Made by a program: the position numbers and the translations under genes
NCBI GenBank assembly: GCA_963665325.3
Contig: CAXXWS020000002.1
Location: forward strand, 480,001 to 544,000
Direction: 5' to 3'
Source: Alphaproteobacteria bacterium
Lineage (GTDB): Bacteria > Pseudomonadota > Alphaproteobacteria > Bin95
DNA: 64,000 bases
Notes under the pieces: generated by a model
Database searches by the model: none
Told to the model about the DNA's origin: nothing
The model's input: only the letters and a program-made list of their open reading frames with translations
In this document: piece after piece, positions 63,497 to 64,000 of the stretch
Layout of the letters: every line of letters begins with the position of its first letter
How positions within the stretch are numbered: position 1 is the stretch's first letter

Positions 63497-63985
63497 TCAT
63501 CGCGACTCCCCGAACAGGGCAACCCAGCATTGCCTCCGGGCTTCCCTCTCCCCGGCAATGAGGTCCCGCCAGGCGCGCCAAAGGCCGACGCCGCGACGCT
63601 CGGCGGCAATGGCTATCCACCCGCCGTCCGACCAGCCCCCGAGAAGCAGCGCGGAGAAGGCCAGCCAGCCGGCCAGGTTGCCCCCGCCTTCTCTGCCGAC
63701 AGAGGCAAGAACAATTGCCGCGAAGATCAGGGCGAAACGCCCGCCTCCGAACCGGTCCGCCGGCAGCAGGGCCTTGCGCTTTCGGTGATTGCGGCGCTCC
63801 AGGACGAAGATCAGCAGCAGCATGGCCAGGTAGGCGCCAACGCCACCGAAAACCCTTCCCGGATTCGAACCGTCAGGATCGACAAGGTCGGCCCCGATGA
63901 GGACAATTCCGGCGAGACACGACAACATCAGGGATCGACCGCCATGCAGGAACTCCCACCGGATGCCGCTCGCGCCATCGCTCAA
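63497..63985 (-). CDS. Hypothetical membrane protein (paralog family)
   Basis: Four TMs; GGWSDGGW...RRGVGLW...EREARR...LFGE. Confidence 0.65.
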   Translation of the reverse strand: MSDGASGIRWEFLHGGRSLMLSCLAGIVLIGADLVDPDGSNPGRVFGGVGAYLAMLLLIFVLERRNHRKRKALLPADRFGGGRFALIFAAIVLASVGREGGGNLAGWLAFSALLLGGWSDGGWIAIAAERRGVGLWRAWRDLIAGEREARRQCWVALFGESR

Positions 63986-64000
63986 GAGTTCGCTCTCCTC

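Noticed and set aside
1-64000. tRNA/rRNA genes and a replication initiator for the large element
   Set aside because: None recognised by eye; plasmid versus ICE cannot be decided from this window

Overview
High-GC window from a large conjugative element (plasmid or ICE), probably alphaproteobacterial and possibly marine or host-associated (inferred from gene content only). Left part (1-19.8 kb): 3' portion of a TraA-type relaxase-helicase; an Rrf2/NsrR regulator; a ~1,765-aa polyvalent SLOG/NADAR protein whose last ~290 aa are homologous to the relaxase C-terminus; a DddW-like cupin; two serine resolvases plus a remnant; a Phd-VapC pair; an MTase-HNH fusion; a Uma2 nuclease; and a membrane-anchored integrase arm-binding-domain protein directly downstream of a 12 x ~52-bp tandem array. 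Right part (20.4-64 kb, minus strand, mostly overlapping stop/start codons): a VirD4/TraG-type coupling protein, a Dot/Icm (type IVB, IncI-like) transfer cluster, TbpB-barrel surface lipoproteins (one with a thermonuclease insert) and a type IVb pilus cluster. pilR is split by a 4,384-bp four-gene DDE/ExeA transposable element with a 5-bp target duplication. Top candidates for novelty: (i) a relaxase-derived, BID-like C-terminal delivery domain shared with a putative anti-defence polyvalent protein; (ii) an arm-binding-domain/TM protein plus repeat array as a possible DNA-membrane tether. All family assignments are from motif recognition by eye, without database searches.
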